Positions 9,362 through 20,664 are shown, counted from the first letter of the stretch. The stretch: DNA of 64,000 nt from a bacterium (GCA_021824155.1 JAKALN010000001.1:15-64014), one strand, 5' to 3'. Program-made: numbers and translations. The notes: generated from the letters alone by a model not told the origin.

Positions 9362-10279
9362 TTATACCGTTAAAGATATACCTTTTTCTTTAAGTTTTTC
9401 TTCTATAACCGTAATTGATTTACCGCCCATGTTTCTCATTGAAATCAAATCTTTTCTGGGTGTTTCCAATAATTGTCCCAACGTTTCTATTCCGCCGTTT
9501 CTTAAACTATTGTAAATCCTTGTGGGTAAATCCAATTCGTCTATTGTAAGCCTTAATATTGCTTCCGGTACCGATGAATGAATTGCCGGAGCTTCTGTAG
9601 ATGGTGATGCCTTCGGCTCGTAAACCTGGAAGAAATAAGCGCTCAAAATCCTTGCGGCTTCGTCAAGTGCTTCTCTAGGCGTAACTACTCCGTTTGTCCA
9701 TACGTTAAGCGTTAACTTGTCCAGATTGGTTTGTCTTCCTACGCGTGTCGCGGAAACTTCATAATTTACTCTTCGTATAGGTGTAAATACGGCATCTGTC
9801 GGCAAAACTCCGAGTGTTGATATTTTCCTTTCTTCCGCCAATGAATAACCCATTCCTTTTTCAACAGTTAATTCTACATCCAGTTTTTTATCGGTTAAAA
9901 ATCCAAGATAATGGTCTTTATTTACTACTTCAACGTTTTCCGGAAGTTCCAAATCTTTTGCGGTAATTTCCTTGGGTCCTTTTACGGATAATTTTACTGT
10001 TGCTTCTGTGCTTGAATCAAGAAGTCTGAGGTTAAGGCCTTTTATGTTAAGAAGAAAATCAACTACATTTTCCTTAAGCCCGGGGACGGTAGAAAACTTG
10101 TGCTTTACCCCCGAGATTTTAACGGACGTTACAGCAGCTCCCGGAATAGAAACAAGAAGAACTCTTCTTAATGCATTTCCAAGAGTGTGTCCGTATCCCG
10201 GTTCTAATGGCTCTATGATAAATTCTGCAAAGGTATCTGTACCTTTTTGTTCTTTAATTTTAAAAGTCGGTTCGACCAT
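9362..10279 (-). CDS. rpoA: RNA polymerase alpha subunit
   Basis: EPLEPGYGHTLGNALRRVLL, alpha-CTD R.YNSL...RNMGGKS. Confidence 0.98.
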   Translation of the reverse strand: MVEPTFKIKEQKGTDTFAEFIIEPLEPGYGHTLGNALRRVLLVSIPGAAVTSVKISGVKHKFSTVPGLKENVVDFLLNIKGLNLRLLDSSTEATVKLSVKGPKEITAKDLELPENVEVVNKDHYLGFLTDKKLDVELTVEKGMGYSLAEERKISTLGVLPTDAVFTPIRRVNYEVSATRVGRQTNLDKLTLNVWTNGVVTPREALDEAARILSAYFFQVYEPKASPSTEAPAIHSSVPEAILRLTIDELDLPTRIYNSLRNGGIETLGQLLETPRKDLISMRNMGGKSITVIEEKLKEKGISLTV

Positions 10280-10296
10280 AGTTTTCTATTTTATCA

Positions 10297-10902
10297 CTAT
10301 CTGGAATAATATTCAATAATCAACTGCAGGTTAAAGGGAACCTCTAAATCTTCCTTTTTTGGCATTCTTAAAAGCTTACCCGAAACTCCTTCTCTTTTTA
10401 TAAAAGGAAGTATCTGCAAATCTTTATCACCTAAAAGTTCTGCCACCGAAGGGTTCTTTTGAACTTTCGGCGAGATAGAAACTACGTCATCCACTTTAAC
10501 CTGATAAGAAGGGATATTAACTGTTTTTCCGTTAACCAATATATGACCGTGATTAACAAACTGTCTGGCCATATTTCTTGATTTAGCAAAGCCAAGCCTG
10601 TAAACAACGTTATCAAGCCTTGTTTCAAGAAGGGCTACTATCATTTCTCCTGTTTCTCCTTTTCTCTTTTGTACGGATTGCACTAGCTTTTTAAATTGTT
10701 TTTCTAAAAGTCCGTACGATGTTTTTGCCTTCTGTTTTTCCCTAAGCTGTGTTCCGTATTCGGAAAGCCTTCTCTTTCTTTTCCTTCCATGGATTCCCGG
10801 AGGAACATTAAGACGTCTTTGCAAACTCTTGGAAGTTTTGTCTAAAACGTTTACTCCCTCTTTTCTTGCTAATCTATGTTTTGGTCCTGTATAACGTGCC
10901 AT
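10297..10902 (-). CDS. rpsD: 30S ribosomal protein uS4
   Basis: MARYTGP, SEYG.QLREKQK, LETRLDNVVYRLG, IIEYYSR. Confidence 0.98.
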   Translation of the reverse strand: MARYTGPKHRLARKEGVNVLDKTSKSLQRRLNVPPGIHGRKRKRRLSEYGTQLREKQKAKTSYGLLEKQFKKLVQSVQKRKGETGEMIVALLETRLDNVVYRLGFAKSRNMARQFVNHGHILVNGKTVNIPSYQVKVDDVVSISPKVQKNPSVAELLGDKDLQILPFIKREGVSGKLLRMPKKEDLEVPFNLQLIIEYYSR

Positions 10903-10907
10903 ATTTT

Positions 10908-11312
10908 TTAAACCCTTCTTTTCTTTTGTGCCCTAGGCCCATTGTGCGGCATAGGAGTTACATCGGCTATCATTGATATTGATAATCCCGCAGATTTTAT
11001 TGCCCTCAAAGCAGCGTCTCTTCCGGATCCGGGACCTTTTACGTAAACCTCAACTGTTTTTATTCCGGCGTCTACGGCTTTTTTGGCAACCGACTCTACT
11101 GCCGTTGTTGCCGCAAAAGGGGTTGATTTTCTTGTTCCCTTAAATCCGCTTGCTCCGGCAGAACTCCATGCGACAGTGTCTCCCTTATCGTTTGTTATTG
11201 TAACAAGTGTGTTGTTAAAAGTTGCCGAAACAAAAACTTTTCCGTTTGCGGAAACCTTTAATGTTGATTTCTTTTTAGCTGTTTTCGTCTGTTTCTTATC
11301 TTCTTTAGCCAT
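10908..11312 (-). CDS. rpsK: 30S ribosomal protein uS11
   Basis: [27 protein letters not shown]. Confidence 0.98.
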   Translation of the reverse strand: MAKEDKKQTKTAKKKSTLKVSANGKVFVSATFNNTLVTITNDKGDTVAWSSAGASGFKGTRKSTPFAATTAVESVAKKAVDAGIKTVEVYVKGPGSGRDAALRAIKSAGLSISMIADVTPMPHNGPRAQKKRRV

Positions 11313-11314
11313 TT

Positions 11315-11734
11315 TTATTTAGCTCCTTTTTCCGAAGCTGCCGGTGCTCCAATGCCCATTTTTGCCGCAACTTCTTTCTTAATAGCTCCAATTGTTACTC
11401 TTTTTCCTCTTTTTGTCCTTGCGTTGGATTTTGTCCTTTGGCCTCTTACGGGTAAATTTTTACCGTGTCTTACTCCCCTATAAGCTCCAATTTCTTTCAA
11501 TCTTTTTATATTATCGGCAACCTCCGCCCTTAAATCTCCTTCGGTTTTATAGCCTTCAAGAACTTTTTGAATCTTTTTCTGCTCTTCCTCGGTAAGAGAT
11601 TTTACTCTTGTAGAAGCATCCACTTCGGATTTTTTAAGAATCTCCACGGCGTTTTTCCTTCCTATGCCATATAAATATGAAAGGGCTATGTCCACTCTTT
11701 TTTCATCCGGTATGTTTACTCCTGAAAATCTCAT
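11315..11734 (-). CDS. rpsM: 30S ribosomal protein uS13
   Basis: YGIG, EGDLR, YRG.RH...[17 protein letters not shown]; start ATG 11734 because the longer ORF overlaps rpmJ. Confidence 0.97.
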   Translation of the reverse strand: MRFSGVNIPDEKRVDIALSYLYGIGRKNAVEILKKSEVDASTRVKSLTEEEQKKIQKVLEGYKTEGDLRAEVADNIKRLKEIGAYRGVRHGKNLPVRGQRTKSNARTKRGKRVTIGAIKKEVAAKMGIGAPAASEKGAK

Positions 11735-11738
11735 ATAA

Positions 11739-11852
11739 TTATCCTTGTCTTTGTTTGTGTCTGGGGTTTTCGCACACGACACGTAAAACGCCTCTGCGTT
11801 TAATTATTTTGCATTTTGCACATCTTGGTTTAACACTTGCTTGTACCTTCAT
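11739..11852 (-). CDS. rpmJ: 50S ribosomal protein bL36 (not in ORF track)
   Basis: Manual translation [37 protein letters not shown]. Confidence 0.97.
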   Translation of the reverse strand: MKVQASVKPRCAKCKIIKRRGVLRVVCENPRHKQRQG

Positions 11853-11854
11853 TA

Positions 11855-12073
11855 TTATTTACTTCTGTAAACTATTCTTCCCTTTGTTTTGTCATAAGGA
11901 GTCATTTCGACTCTAACTTTATCTCCGGGCAAGATTTTTATAAAGTTCATCCTCATTTTACCCGACAAATGACAAAGAATTATATCTCCGTTTGTTAACT
12001 CAACTCTAAAAAGAGTATTGGGTAAAGATTCCCTTACAACTCCTTCGGCTTCAAAACTTCCTTGATGAGCCAT
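11855..12073 (-). CDS. infA: translation initiation factor IF-1
   Basis: E.LPN..FRVEL.NG...LSGKMR...I.ILPGD.V.VE..PYD.TKGRI.YR. Confidence 0.98.
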   Translation of the reverse strand: MAHQGSFEAEGVVRESLPNTLFRVELTNGDIILCHLSGKMRMNFIKILPGDKVRVEMTPYDKTKGRIVYRSK

Positions 12074-12158
12074 AAAATAAAATCCTAATCCTGCGGCTGA
12101 GCCTGCGGATTTAGAATTTTGTATATCTGATTATAGCAAACGAACCTAAAAAGAGCAA

Positions 12159-12929
12159 CTATTTTGTCAAAACAAGCGGACCGTCTTTGGTTATTGCAAC
12201 TGTCCTTTCAAAAACTCCGGAAATACTCCCGTCTTCAGTTTTTATAGTCCAACCATCATTATTTGCGTACACAACATCACTCGCCCCCATGTTGTAAATA
12301 ACCTCAATTGCTATAACCATCCCTTCTTTAAGAAGGGGGGTATTTTCAATTTTACCCTCTAAATATCCGGGAATCTCCGGTTCCTCGTGTAAATTACGGC
12401 CTACTCCATGGCCTACAAGGCTCCTTACAACCGAATAACCGCCTTGTTTTTCAACTATATCTTGTATTGTTTTTGATATATCCCCCACATGGTTTCCATA
12501 CTTTGCCATTTTTATTCCTTCGCCAAGAGCCATTTTTCCTGTTTCTAAAAATTTATCTACTTCGTCTCTTTTTAATTTTGAATTTTCTCCCCTAACTCTT
12601 ATTGTTTCTGACATGTCCGAATGAAATCCTTTATAAAAAACTCCGCAGTCAATTCCTATAACATCTCCCTCTTTTAATTTATAATCCGAGGGTATTCCAT
12701 GAACAACAACTTCGTTGGTTGAAATACAGGTTGCATTATGATACCCGGGGACTTTTTTAAATCCGGGCTCACCGCCTTGTTTTACAATCAAATCGTTGGC
12801 AAGTTTATCAATCTCTTTTTCCGATATTCCCGGCCTTATATGTTTTAAAACCTCAAAAAGAGTTTCGGCCAAAATATGGCCGGATTTTTGCATTATTTCT
12901 ACTTCTTCTTTATTTTTAATTTTTATCAT
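12159..12929 (-). CDS. map: methionine aminopeptidase type I
   Basis: CIS.NEVVVHGIP, IDCG, D, GHGVG..LHEEP, AIE, FERTV. Confidence 0.96.
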   Translation of the reverse strand: MIKIKNKEEVEIMQKSGHILAETLFEVLKHIRPGISEKEIDKLANDLIVKQGGEPGFKKVPGYHNATCISTNEVVVHGIPSDYKLKEGDVIGIDCGVFYKGFHSDMSETIRVRGENSKLKRDEVDKFLETGKMALGEGIKMAKYGNHVGDISKTIQDIVEKQGGYSVVRSLVGHGVGRNLHEEPEIPGYLEGKIENTPLLKEGMVIAIEVIYNMGASDVVYANNDGWTIKTEDGSISGVFERTVAITKDGPLVLTK

Positions 12930-13602
12930 TTTTTATCCTTCTTATTATCTTTTCTATTGTCTCTTTCTCCGACATTTCGGAGTTATCTAAGACAATATAT
13001 CCTAAGCCTTGCGGATCTTTAGCAAGAGGGTCTATTTCCCTGTTTGAATCCTGCTCGTCTCTTGATATTACATCCCGTAAAACATCATCAAATTCCTTTT
13101 TATCTCCCCTGTCTTCAATTTGCAAAAGCCTCCTTCTGGCTCTTATTCTTGCCTGTGCAGTCAAAAAAAATTTAAATTCGGCGTTTGGAAAAACTTTTGT
13201 TCCGGTATCTCTTCCTTCGGCAACAACTATTTTTCCCTCATTAACCAAATCCCTTGCAATATCCTGCTGAATATTCACCATTTTTTCCCTTACTTCTTTT
13301 ATTAATCCGACATCGGAAGCTCCCATTGCCGTATCCTCTTTTTTTATCCTTTCTGTAACGTCTTTGGAATTTAAAAATATTCCATCCCCATTGAAATGCA
13401 TTTTAAAAAAGGGAAGAATTTTTATTATTTGTTTTTTATCTTTTGTGCTTATCCCTTTTTCTATACACAAAAGCGCAAGGCATCTGTACATTGCGCCCGT
13501 GTATAAATAAAATCCGTTTAATTTTTTGGCAAGAAGCGGGGCGACTGTTCCTTTACCTGCGGCTACCGGTCCGTCTATTGCAATAATAAATCCTTTTGAC
13601 AT
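12916..13602 (-). CDS. cmk: cytidylate kinase
   Basis: IAIDGP.AAGKGT, TGAMYR, EGRD.GT.VFP.A, RD..DS.R...PL. Confidence 0.95.
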   Translation of the reverse strand: MSKGFIIAIDGPVAAGKGTVAPLLAKKLNGFYLYTGAMYRCLALLCIEKGISTKDKKQIIKILPFFKMHFNGDGIFLNSKDVTERIKKEDTAMGASDVGLIKEVREKMVNIQQDIARDLVNEGKIVVAEGRDTGTKVFPNAEFKFFLTAQARIRARRRLLQIEDRGDKKEFDDVLRDVISRDEQDSNREIDPLAKDPQGLGYIVLDNSEMSEKETIEKIIRRIKNDKN

Positions 13603-13615
13603 TAAAAATAATTTT

Positions 13616-14152
13616 TTATTTAGAAAGTTTTTCTAATATTTCTTTTGAAATTTCCTCTATAGACTTTTCTCCGTCTATTTCAATAAGTATCCCTTTTTTC
13701 CTAAAATATTCCAAAACAGGCTCGGTGAATTCATGGAAAAGGCTTATCCTTTTCCTAATTGCCTTTAAAGTATCATCTTCTCTGTTGTCGTCCCTTCCCG
13801 AGAGCCTCCACAAAGCTTCTTTATCGGAAACTTTAAGATAAATGACTTTACTTATTCCGTTTTCAAATTTTTCTACCTGTTGGGTTGTTCTTGGAAAACC
13901 ATCCATAATATAGCCGTTTTTGTATTCGGGTCTGTGCAGGTATTCACTTACAATTTCTAAAGCCTTATCATCGGGAATAAGATAACCGGCATTAATTGTT
14001 TCTTTTATATATCTTCCAAGAGGGGTTTTTTCTTTTGCCATTTCCCTAAAAATATGACCTGTGGAAAGATAAGGGATAGACAATTCTTTAGAAAGAATAT
14101 TTCCCTGCGTTGATTTTCCCGCTCCCTGAATTCCGATAAGGATTAATTTCAT
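13616..14152 (-). CDS. adk: adenylate kinase (short LID)
   Basis: G..GAGKSTQ, STG.IFR, DGFPR, R.DD. Confidence 0.94.
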   Translation of the reverse strand: MKLILIGIQGAGKSTQGNILSKELSIPYLSTGHIFREMAKEKTPLGRYIKETINAGYLIPDDKALEIVSEYLHRPEYKNGYIMDGFPRTTQQVEKFENGISKVIYLKVSDKEALWRLSGRDDNREDDTLKAIRKRISLFHEFTEPVLEYFRKKGILIEIDGEKSIEEISKEILEKLSK

Positions 14153-14156
14153 AGCT

Positions 14157-15446
14157 CTATTTCTTTGCGAAACCTTCGTAATTTCTCATTACAAGCTGTG
14201 CCTCAATTGCTTTTATTGTTTCCAAAATTACCGAAACAACTATTAAAATTCCCGTGCCTCCCAATAAAAGATTCTGTACATTTGTAGCTGCCCTGGCAAT
14301 TGTAGGGAAAATGGCTATAACGCCTAAGAATAATGCTCCTGCCAATGTAATTCTTGTTAAAATGTAATTTAAATATTTAGCCGTTGGGGCCCCCGGCCTT
14401 ATTCCGGGAATAAATCCTCCGTATTTTTGGATTTCTTCGGATATTTTCTTGGGATTAAATACAACCGCCGTATAAAAATATGTAAAACCTACAACCAAAA
14501 TAAAATACAATGCATTATAAAAAAACCCGTTTGGATTAAGCCAAACAGTTATAAGCGTTGCAATGTCATGCAAAACGGGAATTTTTGAAACCGCAAAATA
14601 ATTTGCTATTAATGAAGGAAGTAAAACAAGAGAAACGGCAAAAATAATAGGTATTACCCCAGCTTGGTTTAATCTAAGCGGTAAATGGGTTGATTGGCCT
14701 CCATACATTTTGTTTCCCCTTACTTGTTTGGCATAATAAACCGTTATTTGCCTTGTGGCTTCATTAATTATTACTATCGAGGCAATAACTACAAGACCCA
14801 TAACCGCAAAAACGCCCAAATTAAAGAAATTCTGGGCATTTACCGTAGACGCTGTCTGTCCAAACATTACGGGAAGTCTCGATATAATTCCTGCAAAAAT
14901 AAGAAGAGAAATTCCGTTTCCTACTCCTTTATCCGTAATCATTTCGCCCATCCACACCAAAAGCATTGTACCGGCAGTCGTAACTACCAAAAATGAGACC
15001 AAGTCCAGGGGATTTAAAACGGAAATAATCCCTTGATTTCGCAAAAGCGCATACATTCCGACTCCCTGAAGCATTGCAAGCGGCACGGTTAGCATTCTCG
15101 TGTACTGGTTTATTTTCTGTCTTCCCTGTTCTCCTTCTTTTTGAAGTTCTTCGATTTTTGGGAACACCATTCCCAAAAGCTGGAATATTATCGAGGCGTT
15201 AATGTAAGGATTTAATCCCAAAGCCATAACGGAAAAATTAGCAAGGGTCCCCCCGGAAAAAATATCCAAAAGACCTAAAAATTGATTCTGTGCAAAAAGT
15301 GCTTTTAATTGAAGAAGATTAACTCCTGAAACGGGGATATGGGCGAATACTCTTGATACGGCAAATATTAAAGCAGTAAACAAAAGTTTTCTTCTTATAT
15401 CGGGTGAATTTACGCTGTTTTTAAAAATGGCCAGAATTTTATCCAT
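14157..15446 (-). CDS. secY: preprotein translocase SecY
   Basis: [43 protein letters not shown]. Confidence 0.98.
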   Translation of the reverse strand: MDKILAIFKNSVNSPDIRRKLLFTALIFAVSRVFAHIPVSGVNLLQLKALFAQNQFLGLLDIFSGGTLANFSVMALGLNPYINASIIFQLLGMVFPKIEELQKEGEQGRQKINQYTRMLTVPLAMLQGVGMYALLRNQGIISVLNPLDLVSFLVVTTAGTMLLVWMGEMITDKGVGNGISLLIFAGIISRLPVMFGQTASTVNAQNFFNLGVFAVMGLVVIASIVIINEATRQITVYYAKQVRGNKMYGGQSTHLPLRLNQAGVIPIIFAVSLVLLPSLIANYFAVSKIPVLHDIATLITVWLNPNGFFYNALYFILVVGFTYFYTAVVFNPKKISEEIQKYGGFIPGIRPGAPTAKYLNYILTRITLAGALFLGVIAIFPTIARAATNVQNLLLGGTGILIVVSVILETIKAIEAQLVMRNYEGFAKK

Positions 15447-15450
15447 TTAG

Positions 15451-15891
15451 TTAAATTTCTATTTTTCCGCCAGCTTTTTTTATTTTTTCTCCTGCCTTTT
15501 TTGATATAGGCAGTTTTATGGTTAACGGCATTTTTATCTCTCCGTCTCCCAAAATTTTTACCCCGTATATACCAGCTTCTTTTTCATCTACTATTTTTTT
15601 CGATATTAGTGCTTTCAAATCTATTGCATCATCTTTTTTAAATAGATTCAATGCCTTTATGTTAACGACAATAGGTTTTTTCTTGAAAACTTTATTCTTA
15701 CCTTTACCCCTTCTAAAAGGAAGTCTTTTTATAAGAGGTAGAGCTCCGCCTTCAAAATGAAGGGGTATTTTTCCTCTGGATTTTTGGCCCTTGGTCCCTC
15801 TTCCCGAGGTTTTTACACGGCCTGAACCATGGCCCTGACCCAGCCTTTTCTTCTCTTTTTTTGTAGTCTTTGAAAGATTACTTAGATTCAT
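15451..15891 (-). CDS. rplO: 50S ribosomal protein uL15
   Basis: R.G.G.GSG..KTSGRG.KGQKSR, FEGG..PL..RLP, KILGDG. Confidence 0.97.
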   Translation of the reverse strand: MNLSNLSKTTKKEKKRLGQGHGSGRVKTSGRGTKGQKSRGKIPLHFEGGALPLIKRLPFRRGKGKNKVFKKKPIVVNIKALNLFKKDDAIDLKALISKKIVDEKEAGIYGVKILGDGEIKMPLTIKLPISKKAGEKIKKAGGKIEI

Positions 15892-16393
15892 TTTTAACTC
15901 CCCTCAATTGTTTTTCCCTTTTATATCTGTCGGACAATCTCTTTAAAGCCTCTATTGTAGCGTAAACATTGCTTGCCTGGTTTTTTGTTCCCAAAACTTT
16001 TGAAGAGATGTTTTGTATTCCCGCAAGAGATACTACGCTTCTTACTGCTCCTCCCGCAATAACTCCGCTTCCCGGAGGTGCAGGTTTAAGAATAATTTTT
16101 GCGGCACCTAATTTAATATTAAACTCAAAAGGTATAGTGCCATTTTTGATAGGAACCTCAATCGCATGTTTTTTTGCAAGAGACACTCCTTTTTTAATCG
16201 CCGAAGAAACATCCGGAGCTTTACCAAGACCTACTCCGACTTTTCCTTTCCTGTCTCCAACAACTGTTAATACGGAAAATCCTATTTTATTTCCGCCCTT
16301 TGTCTTTTTCGAAACCCTGTTAACCTGGACTATCTCTTCTTCAAATCCGTCCTGGTTTCTCTGATATTCCATTTGTTTAATGTTTCTATCCAT
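15878..16393 (-). CDS. rpsE: 30S ribosomal protein uS5
   Basis: NRVSK..KGG, VVGD..G.VG.G.GKA, G.GVIAGG. Confidence 0.97.
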   Translation of the reverse strand: MDRNIKQMEYQRNQDGFEEEIVQVNRVSKKTKGGNKIGFSVLTVVGDRKGKVGVGLGKAPDVSSAIKKGVSLAKKHAIEVPIKNGTIPFEFNIKLGAAKIILKPAPPGSGVIAGGAVRSVVSLAGIQNISSKVLGTKNQASNVYATIEALKRLSDRYKREKQLRGVKNESK

Positions 16394-16741
16394 TTAGAAT
16401 TCAAGTCCTCCTTCCCTGGCTCCCTCTGCCAAAGCTTTTACTCTACCATGATAAATATAACTTCCTCTGTCAAAAACAACTTTTTTTATTTTTTTATCCA
16501 AAACTTTTTTGGCAATAAAAATTCCAAGTAATTTTGCCTTATCGGTTTTATTTGTTTTTTCCTTTACTTTTAAGTCTTTTTCAGACACTCCCAATATTGT
16601 TTCTCCTTTTTCGTCATTTATAATTTGGGCGAAAATATATTTATTTGATTTAAATACCGAAAGCCTCGGTTTTTCTTTGGTCCCGATAATCTTAGCCCTT
16701 ACCCTTAACTGTCTTCTTTGTTTTTGTGTTTTATTTCTCAT
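16394..16741 (-). CDS. rplR: 50S ribosomal protein uL18
   Basis: [35 protein letters not shown]. Confidence 0.97.
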   Translation of the reverse strand: MRNKTQKQRRQLRVRAKIIGTKEKPRLSVFKSNKYIFAQIINDEKGETILGVSEKDLKVKEKTNKTDKAKLLGIFIAKKVLDKKIKKVVFDRGSYIYHGRVKALAEGAREGGLEF

Positions 16742-16743
16742 AA

Positions 16744-17295
16744 TTATTTAGCTCCTACTGCCTTTGCAGCTTTTCCTGTTTTTCTTCTTATTCTTTCTCC
16801 CTGATACTTTATTCCTTTACCTTTATAAGGCTCAGGCGGTCTTATAGCTCTGATTTTTGCTGCAGTATTTCCGACCAAAGCTTTATCTATTCCTATAACG
16901 GTAATTATGTTTTCTTCGACGGCAAAAGTTATCCCTTCTTCGCCTTTTATAATAACAGGGTGGGAAAATCCCAGGGAAAGAGTCAAAGTGTTTCCCGATG
17001 CCTGCCCCCTGTATCCTACTCCGGAAAGCTCAAGTTTTTTCTCAAACCCCGAAGAAACACCCGTTACCATATTTGACACCATGGATCTTGTTAATCCAAA
17101 AAGCGCATTTGTTTTTACATCATTTTTTATTTTTTGGGATATTACCAGTTTTCCTTCCTCTTCTTTAACCTCTATTCCCTGGGGAATAGGAAAAAAAAGG
17201 GAACCCTTAGGACCATTAACCAAAACTTTATCGTTTGTAATAGATGCCGTAACTCCCTCTTTTAATAAAACCGGTTTTTTAGCAATTTTAGACAT
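16744..17295 (-). CDS. rplF: 50S ribosomal protein uL6
   Basis: [26 protein letters not shown]. Confidence 0.97.
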   Translation of the reverse strand: MSKIAKKPVLLKEGVTASITNDKVLVNGPKGSLFFPIPQGIEVKEEEGKLVISQKIKNDVKTNALFGLTRSMVSNMVTGVSSGFEKKLELSGVGYRGQASGNTLTLSLGFSHPVIIKGEEGITFAVEENIITVIGIDKALVGNTAAKIRAIRPPEPYKGKGIKYQGERIRRKTGKAAKAVGAK

Positions 17296-17307
17296 AACTG
17301 TTTCTAT

Positions 17308-17700
17308 TTACCAGATGGTAAATAATATTTCTCCCCCTACTCCTTTTTTTCTGGCTTCCTGTCCGGTCATAACACCCATACTTGTTGATATTATAACCGT
17401 CTTTTTACCTTTTCTTTCTATATTTCCCACATGTTTTACGGATTCATAAACTCTTAAAGAGGGTTTTGAAATAATTACAACGTCCGTTAAAACAGGGATC
17501 CTTTTTTCGTATCTGACAACAGCTTTTAAACTTTTTTTGCCCTTGGCGCTTTCTTCTTTTATACTTTCCAAAAATCCCTCTTTAACCAAAACCTTTCCAA
17601 TTTCTTTATTTATGTTTGAAAAAGGAAGCACAACTTCTTTTCTTCGTGCCATAGTCGCATTTTTAATTCTTATAATAAAATCGGAAACTTTATGATTCAT
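17308..17700 (-). CDS. rpsH: 30S ribosomal protein uS8
   Basis: D...RIKNA, ISKPSLRVY, STS.GVMT..EAR...VGGE. Confidence 0.97.
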   Translation of the reverse strand: MNHKVSDFIIRIKNATMARRKEVVLPFSNINKEIGKVLVKEGFLESIKEESAKGKKSLKAVVRYEKRIPVLTDVVIISKPSLRVYESVKHVGNIERKGKKTVIISTSMGVMTGQEARKKGVGGEILFTIW

Positions 17701-17706
17701 ATAAAT

Positions 17707-17892
17707 CTACCAGGTGGACTTATGTACCCCCGGTAATTCTCCTTTCTGCGCCAATTCTCTAAAGCAAAGTCTGCAAATCCCGAATTTTCTCATATAAGCC
17801 CTGGATCTTCCGCAGATCTTACACCTGTTTTTTTCTCTTACTTTAAACTTTTGTTTTTGCTGAGATCTTACAACGTTAGATGTTTTTGCCAT
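17707..17892 (-). CDS. rpsN: 30S ribosomal protein uS14, Zn-binding (type Z)
   Basis: RC..CGR...Y.RKFG.CR.CFRE. Confidence 0.97.
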   Translation of the reverse strand: MAKTSNVVRSQQKQKFKVREKNRCKICGRSRAYMRKFGICRLCFRELAQKGELPGVHKSTW

Positions 17893-17893
17893 A

Positions 17894-18433
17894 TTATTTT
17901 ATAAAAGGCATGCCTAATGCCTCTAAAAGCGCCTCCCCTTCCTTGTCGTTTTTTGCCGTTGTAACAATACTTAATTCCAAACCCTGTACTTTATCCATTT
18001 TCCCCGGGTCTATTTCCGGAAAAACACTGCTTTCGGCAAATCCCAAGGTATAATTTCCGTGTCCGTCAAAACTGTTTCTTTTTACTCCATGGAAATCCCT
18101 AAGCCTTGGAAAAACAATAGAAACAAGTTTATCATAAAAATCGTACATTCTCTCTCCTCTTAAAGTTGCCACAAGTCCTATTTCGTCTCCTTCTCTTAAC
18201 TTAAATGTAGAAATAGACTTTTTAGCCTTCATGACTTTTGCTTTTTGACCCGAAATAAGAGCAAGAGTTTCCGCGGCTTTCTCCATATTCTTTTTGTCTG
18301 CCAAAGCATCTTTTACTCCCATGTTAAGCACTATTTTTGAAAGCTTAGGTACGGACATCGGGTTTTTTATCCCCAAATCAGTCTGTAATTTTTTAGCTAA
18401 TTCTTTTTTGAATTTTTCTTCTAATCTACTCAT
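17894..18433 (-). CDS. rplE: 50S ribosomal protein uL5
   Basis: PKL.KIVLNMG, FKLREG, RDF.G....FDG.GNY; start ATG 18433 overlapping the rplX stop (ATGA). Confidence 0.97.
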   Translation of the reverse strand: MSRLEEKFKKELAKKLQTDLGIKNPMSVPKLSKIVLNMGVKDALADKKNMEKAAETLALISGQKAKVMKAKKSISTFKLREGDEIGLVATLRGERMYDFYDKLVSIVFPRLRDFHGVKRNSFDGHGNYTLGFAESSVFPEIDPGKMDKVQGLELSIVTTAKNDKEGEALLEALGMPFIK

Positions 18434-18735
18434 ATTTCCGCCTTGCATTTGCTGCAAATCCTGACCTTACTGTTCTTTTCAATCTTATATCCAACCCTTG
18501 TTGTCAAATGGCATTTAGGACAAACCAATGCAACGTTTGTAACTATTAACGGCTTAGTCAGAGTTACAATTTCCGACGGCTCGCTTTCCGACCTTTTTTT
18601 AAGATGCCTCTTAAATTGGTTTATGTTGTTTATCAAAACTTTATTTACTTTTGGAAAAACTTTTTCTATTTTTCCTGTTTTTCCTTTATCTTTACCTCTT
18701 ACAACCTTTACCTCGTCTCCTTTTTTGAATTTCAT
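18430..18735 (-). CDS. rplX: 50S ribosomal protein uL24
   Basis: KKGD.V.V..GKDKGK.G, C-terminal CxxC...CxxC; ATG 18735. Confidence 0.96.
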   Translation of the reverse strand: MKFKKGDEVKVVRGKDKGKTGKIEKVFPKVNKVLINNINQFKRHLKKRSESEPSEIVTLTKPLIVTNVALVCPKCHLTTRVGYKIEKNSKVRICSKCKAEI

Positions 18736-18736
18736 A

Positions 18737-19111
18737 TTATACAACCTCCACTGCCATACTGGCTATCTTTGCAAAACCCCTGTCCCTTACCTCTCTTGCT
18801 ACGGGACCGAAAATCCTGGTTCCTCTTGGGTTCTTATCTTTAATATTATCTATTAAAACTCCTGCGTTGTCGGAAAATCTTACATAAGAGCCGTCCGCTC
18901 TTCTGAATTCCTTCCTGGACCTTATTAAAACAACCTTTACTATTTCACTGTCTTTAACCTGTCCGGTCGGATTCGCTTCTCTTACGACGCAATTCAAAAC
19001 GTCACCGATATATCCGTATTTTCTTTTTGATCCGCCAAAAATATGGATAACCATTAAAGATTTTGCCCCCGAATTATCTGCAACTTTTAATATACTTCTA
19101 TGCTGTATCAT
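18737..19111 (-). CDS. rplN: 50S ribosomal protein uL14
   Basis: [29 protein letters not shown]. Confidence 0.98.
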   Translation of the reverse strand: MIQHRSILKVADNSGAKSLMVIHIFGGSKRKYGYIGDVLNCVVREANPTGQVKDSEIVKVVLIRSRKEFRRADGSYVRFSDNAGVLIDNIKDKNPRGTRIFGPVAREVRDRGFAKIASMAVEVV

Positions 19112-19341
19112 TTTATTTTCTCCGTTACTTTAAAGTTTTTGTCCTTTGATATAGGTTTTACTTCCTGTATTCTTACTCTGTCACCTAACGAAAGAGTTAT
19201 TCCCGCCAAGTCTGCTTTAAATTTTTTAGTTCTTTTTAGCCTCTTTTTATAAAGAGGATGTGAAATATACCTTAAAACTTCAACTACTGCCGTGTTTTGC
19301 ATTTTTAATGAAACTACTGTTCCTTCAAATATTTTTTTCAT
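19108..19341 (-). CDS. rpsQ: 30S ribosomal protein uS17
   Basis: G.VVS.KMQ.T, HPLYKK, GD.V.I.E..PISK.K. Confidence 0.96.
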   Translation of the reverse strand: MKKIFEGTVVSLKMQNTAVVEVLRYISHPLYKKRLKRTKKFKADLAGITLSLGDRVRIQEVKPISKDKNFKVTEKIK

Positions 19342-19342
19342 A

Positions 19343-19546
19343 TTATTTTACAAACTCCTTTTCTTTCATTACCGTTAAAATCTGGGCAATTTCTTTTCTT
19401 TTTATAAATATTTTCCTGGGATTTTTCAATTTATTTTGTGCTTTTTCAAGCCTATCGTTAAACAATTCCTCTTTTGCATTCTTTAAAAGAGTCTTTAATT
19501 CTGCCAAACTTTTTGTATGTAAATCCTTTTTTTCTTTTGTTTTCAT
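19343..19546 (-). CDS. rpmC: 50S ribosomal protein uL29
   Basis: EL...L...KEELF..R, L.NP..I...RK.IA.ILT; conserved position. Confidence 0.93.
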   Translation of the reverse strand: MKTKEKKDLHTKSLAELKTLLKNAKEELFNDRLEKAQNKLKNPRKIFIKRKEIAQILTVMKEKEFVK

Positions 19547-19547
19547 A

Positions 19548-19955
19548 TTATGGTTTAACCATTATCCTTGTTTTTACATGTAACTTATGCGACGCCAGTC
19601 TTAAAGCGGAAAAAGCAACGTCCTGAGTAACTCCTCCCATTTCAAAAAGCATTCTTCCCGGCTTGACCGGTGCTACGAATTCAAAAACATCTCCTTTTCC
19701 GCTTCCCATTCTGGTTTCGGCCGGTTTTTTTGTTATCGGCTTATCCGGAAAAATTCTTATCCATACCCTTCCTCCTCTTTGGGTATAGTGGGTAATGGCT
19801 CTTCTGGCAGCCTCTATTTCCCTGCTTGAAATCCATCCTGTATCTTCGCTTAATAAACCGAATTCCCCAAAGGAAATTTTTGTGCCTCTATAAGCGTTTC
19901 CTTTTAATCTTCCTCTTTGCTGTTTTCTGTATTTTGCTCTTCTTGGAACTAACAT
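19548..19955 (-). CDS. rplP: 50S ribosomal protein uL16
   Basis: [28 protein letters not shown]. Confidence 0.98.
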   Translation of the reverse strand: MLVPRRAKYRKQQRGRLKGNAYRGTKISFGEFGLLSEDTGWISSREIEAARRAITHYTQRGGRVWIRIFPDKPITKKPAETRMGSGKGDVFEFVAPVKPGRMLFEMGGVTQDVAFSALRLASHKLHVKTRIMVKP

Positions 19956-19957
19956 AA

Positions 19958-20599
19958 TTATTCTTCCCTATTTATCCAAACTTTTACCCCTATATATCCT
20001 TTCTTTGTTAAAGCAGGAACGCTTGCATAGCTAATATGTTCTCTAATTGTTGAAAGAGGAACTTTCCCTTTTTGAAGTTTTTCCCTTCTTCCAATTTCCG
20101 CCCCTCCGATTCTTCCCGATAAAACTATTCTTACTCCTTTTGCTCCCGAACCCATAACTTTTTCAACTGTCTGATTAAGGACCCTTTTTGCAGGAAGCCT
20201 TTTTATAAGCTGGTCCGATACGTTTCGTGCAACCAAAGTAGCATCCAAATTCGGATCTTTTATCGGCTCTACCCTTATATCTAATTTTTGCGCATTCTTG
20301 CCGTTTTTCTTAAACGCAAGTTTTTGATATAAAAATTCCTTAAGTTCTTCAAGCCCCGAACCTGCTCTTCCGATAACCATACCTGGCCTTGAAACATTAG
20401 CAGTTATTTTAATGCTGTTAATTGACCTTTCAATAACAATTTCGGAAATTCCCGCGTTTCTAAGCCTTTCGTTTAATATCTTTCTTAGCTTATGGTCTTC
20501 AAGCAGGGTTTCGCTGTAACGCTTATCGTCAAACCAGCGGCTGCTCCAGTTATAAACCGGGCCTAATCTTATTACTCTTGGATTAACTTTTTGTCCCAT
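19958..20599 (-). CDS. rpsC: 30S ribosomal protein uS3
   Basis: [29 protein letters not shown]. Confidence 0.98.
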   Translation of the reverse strand: MGQKVNPRVIRLGPVYNWSSRWFDDKRYSETLLEDHKLRKILNERLRNAGISEIVIERSINSIKITANVSRPGMVIGRAGSGLEELKEFLYQKLAFKKNGKNAQKLDIRVEPIKDPNLDATLVARNVSDQLIKRLPAKRVLNQTVEKVMGSGAKGVRIVLSGRIGGAEIGRREKLQKGKVPLSTIREHISYASVPALTKKGYIGVKVWINREE

Positions 20600-20604
20600 A
20601 TCCT

Positions 20605-20664
20605 GAAATTTTCTAAATCCTAATGTCTAATTGATTTTATGTCAATTAGGTTAATTAGTAATTA
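20605..20664. repeat. short heptamer-periodic palindrome (rplV-rpsC spacer)
   Basis: TTTCTAA ATCCTAA TGTCTAA TTGA...TCAA TTAGGTT AATTAGT AATTAG. Confidence 0.55.
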
